A stretch of DNA of 64,000 nucleotides from Tubulanus polymorphus (taxonomy: Eukaryota; Animalia; Nemertea). Positions 22,901-45,476 of this stretch are shown piece by piece. The position numbers were made by a program, and so were the translations under genes. The stretch is taken from contig NC_134025.1 in assembly GCF_964204645.1 (NCBI RefSeq), positions 3,534,001-3,598,000 on the forward strand. Reading direction: 5' to 3'. Position 1 is the first letter of the stretch; each line of letters begins with the position of its first letter. The notes beneath the pieces are model-generated. The model ran no database searches. It had not been told where the DNA came from and saw only the letters and a list, made by a program, of their open reading frames with translations.

Positions 22901-25900
22901 TCAATGAATACTACACTAAATGATTTTCATCATAAAAAGCATTATTATTATTATTATTATCAATTTACAGTTATTTTTAATGATACAATGATAGTTGCCT
23001 GTAACCAGTGCTACAATGACTGCAGCTGTGAATCAATTCTTTGTTAGCCATTTATTTTATTTCTTATTATCATCGACGACATCATCGATATATCAATATT
23101 ATTGCACGTTCAACACAATCGAAAGTTAATTTATTCATTATTTCATTATCATCGTTATAACAATAAATAGCAATAAACATTAAATAAGTTATCATTCAAA
23201 TTCAACCGCGAAAAAAAATCCGTCAGATCACGCGAAATTCAGAGCGAGAAAACGTTGCTCAATTTTCTATCAGTCAGAATCAATAGATTCCCCTGATTTA
23301 CGAATAAAGTTGTGAGAATGTAGAGATTTTAGAGTCTTCATATACCGCTACATATAAATATCAAACAAAGAATTGCTTGATTCAGATCTGCAAATTGGAT
23401 ATCACATGTGAACACACTCATATGGAGACACCTCCCATAATGTGGCAATGGTTTGGACATCCGTTTAATGCCAAAATGCCCAGAAGTAGGAGGACCAGTG
23501 CCACACACAGATATCTCGATAAATTATTTCAATTTAACGAAGTGGACTCGTCTGCACACTGGATCCTCCAGTTGAACGATTGTCATCTGGTCCTCTTACC
23601 CCGAAGCTAGGTCACCAGCCGGGCCGGCCGATTTCGTCCGGATTGCTCAACCCCATATGGCACTTGCAGCGGTTACGTTGACTTGGGCACTTCAAGCTGA
23701 GAAAAAGAAAGTTAAAACATTAGTCCAACTTTTGTCTTCATGCGCGCGTTTTGCGAATTCCAAACACTATCCGCGTGTGGAGAGAATATTGATGACGACG
23801 TTCCTCAGTCAAATATCAGAAATGAACAAGAGTCGTCAGTGTAGTACGTCGCATACGGATCTCCTGCTTCACATGAAAATAAACAGACACAATAAACAAT
23901 ACCGTACAATCAAATTCATTCACCACCAAGTACATTTTGCGTTCCACTTCCACCATTCTCAATATTATATCTTAAGGCACAATTTTGCATGCCATGCATC
24001 TATGATAAAATGCTTCTAGAAAAAGAATCCGGAAAGGCCAACTAACTATATGTAACGAACGATTTAAAATTTGATTGTACAGTATTACTTAAGAATCTAA
24101 AAACAATATTTAGTTTCTCCCAGATCATTGACAACAGCGAGAACATGGTACACGTATGCAAGACTAATGTCTTAAGAAATCAGTCTCCTATTCAAACTTG
24201 CTTACTTCAGATGATTTCAAACCAAGCAATAAAATTCACTCATAGATCTATATTAGGTTATCAGTTTAGGCCCGACGTATTTTCCTGATGATCAGACATT
24301 AGAATTTAACACAAAGGCATATAATGTGCAACACAGAAGCTCTTGTTAAAATAGATTCCAGCTACTGAAATTTATTTCATTCACAAACCAACCAAAAGGG
24401 AAGGGGCATGCAAGGATGTAACATAATTTGTATGCTACAATGTAATCAAAACAGAATTACTTACAAGAGATAGACATATTTTACTTACTGACTTCAGTTT
24501 TCAATTATTGTTTATTGCTCGATGATAAATTCTTTTAGAGAAATTCACAATCATGATCTTTGGTTTGTTGCAGTCGATAAAATGTTTTAGAGGAGGCAGC
24601 TTTTGCTGAATCGACTGGAATGGTTGGCGAGTTTAGAACACAGAATGTACATGGGTACCGATACGCTTCATAAGTATATCACGGGTTTCGAAAATATGAG
24701 GAACGTTCTGGACAAAAGCATGATCCGAGTTGAAATCATCATTTCACTACGAGACTGCTATTGCACGCCATCGCTTTCACTGCAAGCATTTCATCTCTAT
24801 AACTTACCGAACATAAAAACCTTTCAATAACATAATACAGAATTTCATGTACACAACTCACACCTCAGGACCTCTTTTCAGACTACAATCTTTATCAATT
24901 GAACAACAATGAACATTTACATGTTCAGCCATTCATCAGCAATACGATTTAAAACATTTTAAACCTGTGCAGAGAATAACTGACAGGTAAATATTTACCT
25001 TTTCTGACTAAATAACGAAGTATTCGCCGAAAAGTTACGAGAATTCTTGACGATAATTCAGAATTTGGGGAGTTTGTCAGCATCGACTGCCACCTTGTCA
25101 ACAGATACCCATTTAAAGGAGAAAGATAACTAATTAAAAAGAGCCAATCATTGGTAACATCATCCGTGTCAATAATTGAACTTGGAAGACTTTGAATCGT
25201 TTTCTTTTTTTAGTAAAGATAACAAATTTGTTTCGTTGAAATCAATGACTACACTTTATTTGTTTATTTTATTTTACTCAATTACTCTGCACTGAAACAT
25301 CCAGACAATTAATACAAGACATAAGCCAGAATTCTACGAACTGATTATGAATATAATATCATGTCTGCCAAAAACAAAGTCTGGATACAAAGAATATACA
25401 TTATCTGACAAAACCACAAGAGTTTGTTGTATCTCTCTAATGAAGATTGAAAACTACAGCTAAGAATTTTGCTAACATTTAGTAAACACAAAGCAAAAGA
25501 TCTCCGCAGAACTGCTTTTAGTTCTCTGACATCCAGATGATTTTGAGATCACTATCAAAATATATATATGCTGTTACTAGGTAAGAAATCAATCATACCT
25601 TGTCTCTTATATATTCAATATTTTTGGGTAAACGTATTGATTTTGAAGGCAGAATAATCCATTTCTCGTAAGTACTGGTTAAAAGTCTTCAACGTTTCAA
25701 TTTTCAGATATTATGTGTAATCCATGAAGTAGTTGTAGTGATGATGAATGAACGATAAAAACCACATTTTCTGCAGTTTTTAAAGCAGGCACTTTCGCCA
25801 TGGGTCTATTTACAGTGATGGCTATTTACAATGAGTCTCCTTGCGAACCTTCTCTCAATTAGGAAATGGAAAGCTCGATTTTCAAGGGTTTTAGTGAGTT

Positions 25901-25974
25901 TTTTGTCCATGATTGCCGTGAAAGAACTGTCGAAACATAGATATCGTTAAGATATCTCGCCGTGAATAGCAAAT

Positions 25975-28900
25975 TTAGCTCCAATTTTGACCATATGAAT
26001 CTTGATACCACTGAGCATCATTATTATTTCCGTAATTGTTGAAGCCAGATTGTCCGAGAGGTTGTTGAGCAATGGGCTGTGCACCCCAATTTTCCTGAAC
26101 ATTACGGCGCTTGCCACCACCCTGGGTGTGGTCGCCACCCATCTTACGCTTACCTCCCCGCTGCTGTTGCTGCTGCTTAGGTCCTCCAGCAGCTCCGCGA
26201 GATAGTGGTGGTGGTGCACCACGACCACGCATACCACCTGCGCCACCACCTCTAACCGGCATACCTCCACGACCGCGTGGAATAGGAGCGATACCTCTAC
26301 CACGAGCACCTCCGCGACCTCGAGGGATCTACAACACATTATCAACAAATATTTGCCAGATGATTATTATACGATCTTAGAAACCGACGATAAAAAGAAA
26401 ACCCTTCCCCACGCCTTAATTGATTTCAGTAAAATTCATAAGGAATTTTCATACAATATGAGAATGAATCAGAATTAGTAAAATAACTGTAACAACACCT
26501 ACATTTACCTTGGCCGGTGGTCCACCTCTTCCACGTCTGGGCGGCGCTGGTCCGTATCCACCAGTGAAGCAATAATCGTCGTAATACTCGTAACCATAAC
26601 AGTACGGATCATTGTATCCACCTCTATAATCATCGTAACATTCATAGCCATAGTCGTAACCATAGTCTTAATAAACGAGAACAAACGTGCAACATCAATA
26701 CAATTAATACCGGTACAACTCTGAATTAACCAGGCCTTACCATATCCTCGGCCCATAGGTGGCGGTGGAGGTCGTCTCATACCCCTTCCCATCGGTCCAC
26801 CACGCTGCGGTCCCCAATCACCATGACTGAAACACAATGAAAGTTGATACTAACGGACCCTACGCGATATCCGTCGTGAAAGCTCGTTTAAAACTGAGAT
26901 AATTACATCTATCGAAGATTCCTCGAAATTCTGTGATGGAAATTTTGAAAACAGTTTCTTAATATTTGCAGTCTAGGTAGATACATTTTATCGACCACAG
27001 AAATCTCAAATAAATCAGTTGAAGCTTTGTCTACAGAGGTATTTTAGTGTACGCAATAAAAATCGAAACTAGTATTCAAGGAGATTAGAAGTATTTACCA
27101 CCTAGCTTGCATCATTATCATCATCATTCGTTGTCTTTCTTGTTCACGTTTCCTCGCTTCTTTGCTTTTCTTGGACGCCTCGGATTGCGGCTTTGCCAAC
27201 GTGATTTCCATTCTAGGTTTATTCGGTTCATCGCCCTCATCAATTGTCTGTAAAAATCAGGATATCAGTTTAACTATTGCAGTGCGGTGTATGAATTGAT
27301 GGCTTTTGCTAGTACACCGCACTGCGGTGTATTGATGTAATTAGTTTTTATCTCTATTGAAAGATGGCAGCACCTGTCAAACATAGTGAAATATTAGTAA
27401 CTAACGATACAACGCACTTTAGTGGTATTCCCGATATTCAACACACTAGGGCGAAAATTTTCAAAATTTTTAAATTATCTCCAGCACTATAGGGTATTGA
27501 TTAGTCAGCGCTGAAAGGATTAAATCGTTTTTTCATAAGACAATCATCGACAAATTCTTTAAAAGATTATTTACGGACCTGTCCTTGAAGTTCGCTCATA
27601 GCGAGTTCAGCGGCATCTCGTTCCTCGTAATGAATAAATGCATAATTCTTTTGTTTCTTCACCCGTTCTAGTGCACCATATTTACAGAACCTCTCCTTCA
27701 ACTGTTCCTCGGTTACCTCAGATGTCAGATTGCGTACGTACAATACTTTAACCTGGAAAACGAGAATCACATGACGTCGAACGCTTTCGATACAACAGAA
27801 CTTGTGCAAGTAGATTATCGATCTAATAATTTTTCCCCAAAAAGTCCCTGAATTCTAATTGTTCATAGTTGAAGTCAGGACATATTTTGCCAGTCACAAA
27901 TTTCGGACGTACGCAAGTTTTACTGAATAATTGTAAACATTGTACGCTAATCATAGAAAAATACTGACTTTAGACATTGTATCTTCATCTGGTTCTTCCT
28001 GTGGATCAGCCCAATCAACGATTATATCACAATTCCACACTTTTCTGCCATTACCCAGTCGACGTTTGGCGGATGAAGCATTCTTGTGTGTATCATATTC
28101 AAGAAATGCGAATCCCCGATTCTTTTTCTTGCAATCATCAGCACAGCCGTATATAATAACCTGTTTCAGGCCCTCTGAAATAAACACCACGTAAGTCCAC
28201 GCTGTAGAAATTCATCGCGGCACAACATGATTCATGATTTGTTCATCATTATTACCTGCTAATTTTTTGAATTCCTCTAAGATTTCTTCTTGGCCTTTGT
28301 TCTTCGGAATATTACCGACGAATATTCTAGTGTTTGCAATCGAGATGTTTACTTTAAGCGCTTTTCCTTTTTTGATTTCATAATTGTTATACTGAAAGAC
28401 GTTTAGATAGTAAATCATCAGTGGAACATCAATAATTTTGTGTTAAGTATCTTCTTATCGAACTAACCTTATCAACAGCATTTTGAGCTCCTTCTTTTGT
28501 ACAAAATGTAACGAAACAATATCCACGATTCTGTCCAGTTAGCGGATCCATCATTAAACGTAAATCCCAAATTTCACCACATTTCTCGAACAAAGGAATC
28601 AACTCGTCTTCAAATACATCTTTCGGTATTTTACCGCAAAAAACCTGAAATTTAGATCGGACATATCAAATCCTTATTCACAAATAGCAAAATAATTAGT
28701 AGTAATGTATAATCAGAGCAACATAGATACCTCGTGACCGGCTCCCGGGCAAGATTCAGAGGGATCAACTCCAGGTGGAGGACCACCGTATTTTCTCTGG
28801 CCTGTCGTGACATCCAGTGAATAACCGGACTTATCTAGAATTTCCTGCAAAACAATGTTAACATTGAGATTAATAATTTTTGTCAGCAATCGAATAAAGA

Positions 28901-29836
28901 TTCAAGCACAATAAGGTACTGGCGGCACAACAATACACTGGCTTACTCCTAGCGAAAATAAGTTCATATTTAATAAAATTTTAAAAAGATTTTTTGACCT
29001 CTCGGGGTATGTTTTAGATTTGAAAATTGATTTACTAATGAGTAAAGCGGATTCAAATTTAACCGAAAATGTAAATGAAATTAAAGCGCAGAAACCAAGT
29101 AACCACTAGCGAACCTGGTGGATGATTGGTCGCTACAGTAGCAATCCCGGTTCATCATCGACTGATCAGTTGTTTTACCTTTAATTTAGCTTCATCCGGA
29201 CCTTTCTTCTCCGCTTGAGGTATCTTGTATTTTTGTCGATATGCTTTCATGACGCCGCACAAATAAGCGCTTTTATTGCCGACATGTTCCAGGTCGCTTT
29301 CCTGAAATTGTTTCAATACTGCAATGGCTCCCTCTGCTGGAAAGTCTTTCAACGCGTCGAGCGCTCGGTTATCCAGATCTTCATGTTTTAATAATGCTAA
29401 AATAAGACGATAATTCAGTCATTATTTCATAATTGACATAATTACATTAATTGCGTCCTCATATTATAATTCTTTAAAAGAGTTATCAAAATTTGAGATG
29501 AAAGCCTCATTTTTAACTCACATCATAACTAGGCCTATTACTTATTATCATTAAACTCTTACTTGAACAAGTTTTGGTTATACTTGCGGTATAATTTTCA
29601 ATATATTTATAACGTCCAAGCAGGACCCAAGTATTGTATTCAGTCATCGAAATCGAGACCTGGATATATCAGTTTAACAACGTACCAGTTTTGTATATAT
29701 CATCCAATTCTTCAGCAACTCTTTTTACTAGGCCGTGTTCGAGCAATTTGTGATAACTTTCAGTTCTTTCTTCTTGTTCTGTTTCCTGTTTGATTTCGGA
29801 TTCTAAAGGCTGTTCCATGCCCCCATTTTCAGTCAT
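25975..29836 (-). CDS. SYNCRIP: hnRNP Q/R (SYNCRIP): acidic N-terminal domain, 3 RRMs, RGG, Q/N-rich tail
   Basis: Start MTENGGME. Exons carry LDNRALDALKDFP, NKSAYLCGVMK, LDVTTGQRKYGGPPP, WDLRLMMDP, KKNRGFAFLEY, VDWADPQEEPD and VKVLYVRNL. The tail is GGKRK...WGAQPIAQQPL...WYQDSYGQNWS*. Confidence 0.95.
27274..27519 (-). mobile_element. piggyBac-like MITE, degenerate copy (same family as 44263-44548)
   Basis: Reverse complement of the 44263-44548 element (shares GGCAGCACCTGTCAAACATAGTGAAATA and CTCCAGCACTATAGGGTAT). TTAA at both flanks. Confidence 0.8.
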
Positions 29837-31503
29837 TTTCACCTGTGAAATAATATGAACGCAATTAATGACCATCTCGGAATTTCCTGTGATCAAACAA
29901 TGCTAGGTAATATTTTAAAGGTCCAGAGGTCAAAATAATCCAAATTCAAGCCAATGAAGTTCTAGAATACCATCAATTCATTAACATTAAGATATGAAGA
30001 CCATACAAACATTCTTCCTCTTGGCAATTTATTCATTGATTCTCTTCCACAGAATTCATGGATACACACACGTCATGACATAGGCCTATGATATAGGCCT
30101 GCTGGGAATACTCAAGAATTATTTATCATTCTTCATTTTTAACTAGGAGGTATTATCATCAAAGACTCAAGTTCCAGGCTTGTTGATGTCATACTTTATT
30201 CATGTGACCCCTGTACTTTCACTAGCATTGTTTTGACAGGATCTGTCAAAATAAAATTTGACAGCTGATGGATAGGCTGATCGAAATTTTTCTAACTAAA
30301 TATTACATGCATATCTGGACTGAAGTGAGAATACAAATCAGCTTAAAAGAAACTGATCGAGTAACATAACAAGCAGTAAGGGGCTGATAGTGACGTCGGG
30401 TGATAAAAGGCCTTCTTCTTAATTAAATAGCACGACGCAGAATTGAAAATCGACGTAGAGTTTTATTTCGTCGTTCAAATATCAGTGTTTCACGTCTCAT
30501 TTCACATATTTCTGACGTCCTCTCGTGAAAACAAATACATCACGTTAAACATGAGATCATTTCTAATGAGTTCGATGAGTTTAAACGCACCGATTATTCC
30601 AAAAGCGGCCGAAATACGAATGGAAAATAAATTGTTGAATCAGTCCAAATAAAATTTTCTAAACCAAAATGGCGTCGATATCCCACGTGACTTCCCGTTG
30701 CGGGGCTCTCACATCATTTTCACGGCTATCAAATTATAAATTAACTTTATTTGGTACTATTGATATTTTGCGGGTCCAGTTGCAACGGGTCAAATGACGA
30801 TTCGTAGCAATGGGGGATTAAACCTTCTAATCAACATCCCAAGATCAGTCAGGGCCCAGAACTGGTAAAAAGAACAGCCACATCAAAAAATTCCCATCAA
30901 CTGATCAAGGATGGGCTACGGCGCCCTCATTTTATATTATTAAAAACTCACTGATGGAGAAAAATTAAGTCGGAAAAGCCAATAGTTTATAAATGCGTTT
31001 CAACCATATCCTAATGGTCATCTTCACAAGGAATTAGCGGGAAACATTTAGGACTTTATTTTGCTTCATTTAGCATTTTGCCTTGGCGGGATTCTAAGAA
31101 ATGATGGAAGTCTCTATGGAAAACAGTCTCATGTAAACAGTTTCAGACAGCATCTCAACAAACATTGGGTGATGAAACCTTTAGAGTTATCGTACTAAGA
31201 TTAACATATGAAATCCCATTATGACAGTTTTCAATGCGCACCAAAAACCACAAAGAATTCTATATGTTGTTGAATTTCATTTTTATTACATACAATATAA
31301 TACACAAACATTCAAAAATCTTTTTCACCCAAACATTGTGTTAACAACAAATATACAGTGATAATGGTACGTTTCATTATTATAAAAGATCATAATTAAC
31401 ACATCATTGATTGATTGATCCTGCAGGTTTTCACTATTAGTACCGGTACGTATAAAGTCTTTATAAAATTAACAACATCAGTCAAATAACACGATAACTT
31501 CCT

Positions 31504-31633
31504 GGGGCCAGTTGTTTAAATGTTGGTAAAGAGGCAACCATTGGATATTTGACATAGAGACAACTAAATGTTCATTGTTACTATGGTATTTATCGGCCGT
31601 TTATCTTTCAACAACTTTTGAGCAACTTGTCCC
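31504..31633. mobile_element. Short MITE (Harbinger-like, CWG target)
   Basis: CTGGGGCCAGTTGTTTAAA ... TTTTGAGCAACTTGTCCCTGG imperfect terminal inverted repeats. Confidence 0.55.
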
Positions 31634-31676
31634 TGGTGCCTCCATTCTCCTTTCTCTATTGATCCCAGCTATATTT

Positions 31677-39575
<7,899 letters not shown>

Positions 39576-40353
39576 GACATCGTATTGTATCAATGAACAA
39601 CGACTCGATTATTTTCATGTACTTTGACGCGGGCTGCCGGTCGCCATTTTCTGACCTGAAGCGCAAAGGTTACGCGTAAAACGAAACATTCATTTCAATT
39701 TTCCTTGAGCACACTAAAAAAGGCCAAGTAAGGAGTACGAATTAAGTTTCATTTCCTTAAATTTAATTTCTTTTTGAATACGGTTATCTTAGAACGGTGG
39801 ATTTATAGTTAGGAATGACTTTTTATATTTCGCCGTCTCAGCAAAAATTTTAAGATTAACGATTTTGTCCATCTTTAGCAATGGATTCGATTCCAACGGC
39901 ATCGAAACCCTGCCACGGTGCTCGAGTCTTGCTTCTCTCCGATGACATCGAGTGCGAATCGAGAGAGACGCGATTTTCGTTTCGAGCGTTATTACAAAGG
40001 TGACATGAACCGTGTAAATTGACTTCCGGGTTGAGAAAACGCACCTAAAACAAATTAAAAATCATTCAAACATCGTCTTTATACTCTAACTGATGAAGTC
40101 ATAATCAGAATTAAGGTCTGTTAATTAATCTTTTTTAATTCACTCACTTAAAAACTAAGTTTAAAGCTGAATTAAGACTTAAATCAAACCATCATCACCA
40201 ACTCATTGCTCTTAAATTTCAAATTAATTTTATTGAACTAGTTATGATTATTAGGCTTGTTCCAAATGGGTCATTCCTTAAAACAATTAACAAAATTGTT
40301 CAAGCAAATATTTCGTTGAATTTACTGCTTGTAGGCTTGGAGAAATAATAATA

Positions 40354-43300
40354 ATGAGCCTGTTTAAAAAACCTCGGAAGAACTACAGGAAAAGAGTTGT
40401 AGCTGAAAGCGATGAAGAAGATGAATCTAACAACGGAACTAGGAATGCCAACTCAACTGCTACAACGGAAAATGAGGAAAGTATCCAAATAGAAATACCG
40501 ATAGAGCAATCACCTTCGATTCAGATGCTCAAGGAAAAAATCAAGAAGGAAAAAGGGAAAAAGGAACGTGACCAGAAGCAAATAAATCTCACAACAACAG
40601 GTTCAGGGAAAAAATTACTGAGCTTTGGAGAGGATGAAGAAGGTTTGTTATGTTGAACTCTTAAGCAGGTTTCGATTGAACGTAGTCCGATATATAGGAA
40701 TGGCAATTCCAAATTGCAAACTCTACACCGGTCTTGGTTTAATACAGATTATACTCTTCCGGAAAAGGTAGAGCCTATTCTGGTCAAAACGAACGGGCCA
40801 GTAGAGAAATCCTGAATCGGTACAGACCAATCAAAACTTGTGTTAGATTAATTGGTCATAGAATATTTTACCTGGACTTCTATTTTATCAATTCTTATCG
40901 ACAGATAGCCTAATTGGCTTCTATTTATTTTCAATTGTTTTTGTTATAGAAGATGAAACCTTTCAAATTAAAAAATCAAGTCGAAGTCAGAAAATCGCTA
41001 AGAAATTGAAATCGGAAAGTCGTAAGGAAAAAGAAATGGAAATAAAGAAAAGAATTCAAGAAAAACATACTGATTCTGATGATGATTATGATTATGATGA
41101 TGATGGATATCAGAATAGAACTAATAAAAACAATGAACCAAAGGTAAATTGAATTATAGTTTGATGTCTGTATTGTATGTGATGATATGGTGAAATATCG
41201 TAATTCAATCATCTGCTTTTCCACAGGGAAGATTTGGTGAAAGTAGAAATGGAGATGAGAATGAAAGTGATTCTGGTTCGGATTCAGAGAATAGTGACAG
41301 ACCGAAAAAACCGTCATTCAAATCAGTTTTAGAGCGTGAGTAGTAGCGTCATCTCTCTGAAAATTGAAATTGAGTTGTTGAATATGTTAAATTGTTTGAT
41401 AATACGATAATTGTGAACAGGTGGAGAAATTCCTGATGCTAATATGATACACCTTGCTCGTAAGAAAAGACAAATGGCAAGAGAAACAGGTTTTCTACCA
41501 TTAGAAGAACCTGTAAGGGAAGAAAATGAAAAATCACGACTTGTGAGGTACTTGAACTAATCGAACAATGTTTATTCTTATCAATTTGAATGTCATTTCT
41601 AACACTTTAATTGTTTATTATTCAGAGATGATGATAATGATGTAAGCGATGATGACGATAATCAGAGAATGTCGTTTGCAACGAATGTATTTGATAAAGA
41701 ACGACAAGCGATGAGGGACCAGTTTCTTGCAGCTGAACACGGTAACATTGAACCGAAAAACCGCTGAAAAATTATTGTCTTTTTTCAAGCTAATTCCAAC
41801 AAATTTGATGCATATATTTAGGGAGTGATGAAGATAGCGATCAGATGAATGAATGGGAACAACAACAAATACGTAAAGGTGTTAGTGTACCGCAGGTGTT
41901 ACCTGAACAGCCATCTCAACCGTTGTATGATCAGTATACCAGTAGTCAAACTATATATCCTACAATATATCCACCATCAACATACTTACCATCTATGGAT
42001 GTACAGTCTACGACACCCACTTTACCGTCTCTCCCTCCTTCTGAAATGCCTCAGATTACTGTGGAACATGTTAAAAATGCTCTTCGGGAAAGGTAAATAT
42101 TCTAAATATTTTGTTGAAATTCACGCTTTCAAGTTTATTGATGAATATGTAATTGTTTGCTGCAGATTAATGGACATAAGTCAAGTGAATCGAACTCATA
42201 TGTTTGAGAAGGATAAAGTCGATAATGACCTCGCCACAAATTTAGAGGATATTTCTCTCTATGAGAGTAAAGTGTCATCCTTGGAAGAACAGTATAAGTT
42301 TTTCCAGGAGATGCGTGGGTATGTTAGAGACTTGGTTGAATGTCTCAATGAAAAGGTACATATTTATTATGTAAATGTGACTTTTTTCCAACTGATGATT
42401 AAATTAAAGCTAGTCCTTTCTGTGAAATATTTGTATTTGATTTAGATTTGTATATTGCTGTGTACTAAAATTAGTTTCTGTTATTTTGATTGTAATTAGC
42501 TTCCACGAATCAATAATCTTGAGGAGAAAATCATATTCATGTTGAAGCAACGTACTCAACGTTTGTGTGAAAGACGGCAACAGGATATTAAAGATCAGTC
42601 AGCCGAATACAATCCTAGTAAGTCTTTCCTTCTCCATCTTTCCAAGCGCTTTATAGGAAAATGTACCGGTACATGTAAAGAAATACAATTTGAAATCTAA
42701 ATTTTAGATAAAGTTGCGCAGCCGGTTGCACCCGATTCTCCTCGTCAGCGCAGAGCTGCTGAAAGAGAAGCCAGGCGGTAAGATTTCTCGAGAAAAAGTT
42801 CACTTTTTGGTTTAGACAAATATTTTTATTGATTTAAAGACAGAAAGATATTCATCTACCTTGAAATTTACAAAAGGTATACGCACATTACAACTGATAC
42901 CTTAATGACTGGATTATGTTTATTTTCAGTGCCCGGCGCCGTAGAGCAAGAGAAGGACAAGACGTTAATAATCACAAGGAAGGCTTATCATCTGATGATG
43001 AAGAAAACAAATCCGAAATCTCCAAATTTCATCAGGAGCGAGGTAGCCTTTCATCTCTCTCTCTGGAAGCTGAGATTGCCCAACCGGGAGGATGACGTCA
43101 CCTGCTGAAAAACTTCATGCTGGTACATGCTCAGATCAGCATATCCACCTGATCTGATCATGTCTTTCTCACTTTCCCTAATAAACAAACAAAACAATCT
43201 TTAAAACTCTGCAGATGGTTCCGAGTGTACGCACAAAATATATCCGGTTCCAATTTCTGAAGTTCTTTTTCTTTTTTCGCTCTAGTTCAAATACACAATG

Positions 43301-45476
43301 AATGTTGCGGCTTGTTCGATGACGTCATTGAAGATTTCTACAAGATAAAACGCGTGAAGAATCGATTTCAACAGTGGAAATTTCAATACGGTGATTCGTA
43401 TAAAGAAGCGTATATTGGATTGTGTCTACCAAAACTGTTTACACCATTGATACGTCTACAGTTAGTTGAATGGAACCCACTTGAGGTGAACATCATATTT
43501 TACTTCAATTAGTAATTAACGAAATTAATACCCGCACTGAATAAGAGAAAACATCTCTCATATACGACTAGCACCGGGTTGTTCTTATCCTTTGAAATCG
43601 GGTATATGCGACATGTTTTTCTAAGTGTATATTTCAGACTTGAAGTCTAACCATCACCAATCTGAATTACAAGAAAGTTTGGTGAGGTTTATTGAGGAAC
43701 CGGCTGTGTGTTAACACATGCACTAGTACACTTTAACCCCCGGGCCAACTTAAAAAATATAGATGATTGTTCCATTTCATGGATATTCGTTAATTCTGTT
43801 TGTTTGTAGACCAGTTCAACGGGCCTGGAAAAGTTACCGTGGTTCCAGTCACTTATATTTTATGGCTTTCGAGAGAATGAAAATACTGATATGACAGAAG
43901 ATGACGATGATTTGAAACTCTTGCCAAATATTCTCGATAAAGTTTTATTGCCACGTCTCATATGTAAGCATTAAAGAAATTTCTATTTTACGTGGAAGTA
44001 ACAGAACATCTGTTTTACTTATTGATTACACATCCTGTTTAGCTACCAGGCTTTGGGTTACTTTCTAAGGTGTTCTGTTTGGATGTTTTAGTATATGTCG
44101 AAGGAGTGTGGGACCCTGTATCTGCAAGTCAAACTGCACAGTTGTCAAACCTGGTGAGGAAACTTATAGCTGATTTTCCAATATCTATGGAAAGTAAAAA
44201 TCTTCAGGTAATTGATACTTCTTTCGTTTATTATTCATTCTTCTACTTGTTAATACTTTTAACCCTTTCAGTGCTGACTTATATACCCTATAGTGCTGGA
44301 GATTTGAAAATTGAAAATTCTAAAAAATTCCACCCTAGAGTGTTGAACAACGGGAATACCACTATAATGCATCTACGCTGTGGTGCGGTGTATCGTTAGT
44401 TACTAGTATTTCACTATGTTTGACAGGTGCTGCCATTTTTCAAGAGAGATTACTATTTACTAAAACATCAATACACCGCCATGCGGTGTACTAGCAAAAT
44501 CTATCACTGATTTATACACCGCACTGCGGTGTAGACGCACTGAAAGGGTTAACCATATTTGTTATGTATATATTTTTTCCCTCTTTTCCTAGGCATTAGT
44601 AAAAGCTGTTGTTGAAAGAATGAAAAAAACATTGAACGATGACGTGTTCATGCCTCTCTATCCTAAAACGTATGGTTTTCGTACATTAGATGATATATGA
44701 CTTACATATACCCGGTAGATCTTGTACATTTGTATAAATGTAGCTTTGGATATATTTTTACAGAGTAACAGCTAATCGAGGTAGCCCTGCTAGTGTATTC
44801 TTTCATAGACAACTATGGAGCTGTATAAAGGTATGCAACTTCTTTCACCATTCTACAGAGGTTATTCATTAGGATTTGTTGAGAAATGTTTGTTTCCTTT
44901 CAGATATTTGGGAATGTGCTTTCGTGGTCTGAGGTGCTAAATGACGGCCTACTCAAAGAGGTTGCTATTGATGGTTTATTGAACAGATACATCCTTCTCG
45001 GTTTGATGAACTCTCCAATGAATCAAGATGGAATACAAAAATGTGAAAAGGTCTTTATCAAGTCGGTTATCGGTATAGATTTGTGTGATTTTAACAAAAC
45101 TATTTCAACCGTATGTCCATTTTGTATTTCTTTGCAGATAATATCATATTTGCCGAAGCACTGGTTTGGTAATCTTGAAGGTGACAGTACATTCCCTCCT
45201 TTGGAAAACTTCTGTCGATTTTTGGTACAGTCTGTGAAGACAGTGGAGCAAGCAACGCCTGCAGTTGAATTCAAAAAGAGGGAGACCAGGTATTCACTAT
45301 AACAACCAGTTGTATTCAGTCAAAACTACCATTCCGTGTACAATGCATTTATAATGATTTGTATATTCATATTCATTTTCAGAGATACAGTGAAACAGAT
45401 AACAAAATTACTAGTGAATCTTCATGCCATGGACCATGCTATACAACTCGCTAATCAGTTTAGCCTGAAGATTTAG
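40354..45476 (+). CDS. PAXBP1: PAXBP1 / GCFC family (GC-rich sequence DNA-binding factor, Ntr2-like splicing factor)
   Basis: MSLFKKPRKNYRKR, LLSFGEDEE, GEIPDANMIHLARKKRQMARE, EWEQQQIRKGV, YKFFQEMRGYVRDLVECLNEK, SYKEAYIGLCLPKL, WDPVSASQT and IDGLLNRYILLGL. Stop at 45474-45476. Head-to-head with TAK1. Confidence 0.92.
44263..44548 (+). mobile_element. piggyBac-like MITE
   Basis: TTAA TSD on both sides, with TIRs CCCTTTCAGTGC / GCACTGAAAGGG and internal TACACCGCA..GCGGTGTA palindromes. Confidence 0.9.

Noticed and set aside
20280-25900. Numerous 60-120 aa ORFs and (ATT)n/(ATC)n tracts
   Set aside because: AT-rich UTR, intron or intergenic sequence of SYNCRIP and PPP5C with no coding signature.
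41849-42445. 198-aa ORF
   Set aside because: Chimera of an off-frame exon, introns and one real PAXBP1 exon.
43085-43160. Possible C/D snoRNA in a PAXBP1 intron (GGATGA...CTGA)
   Set aside because: Non-canonical C box, no terminal stem and no recognisable rRNA guide.
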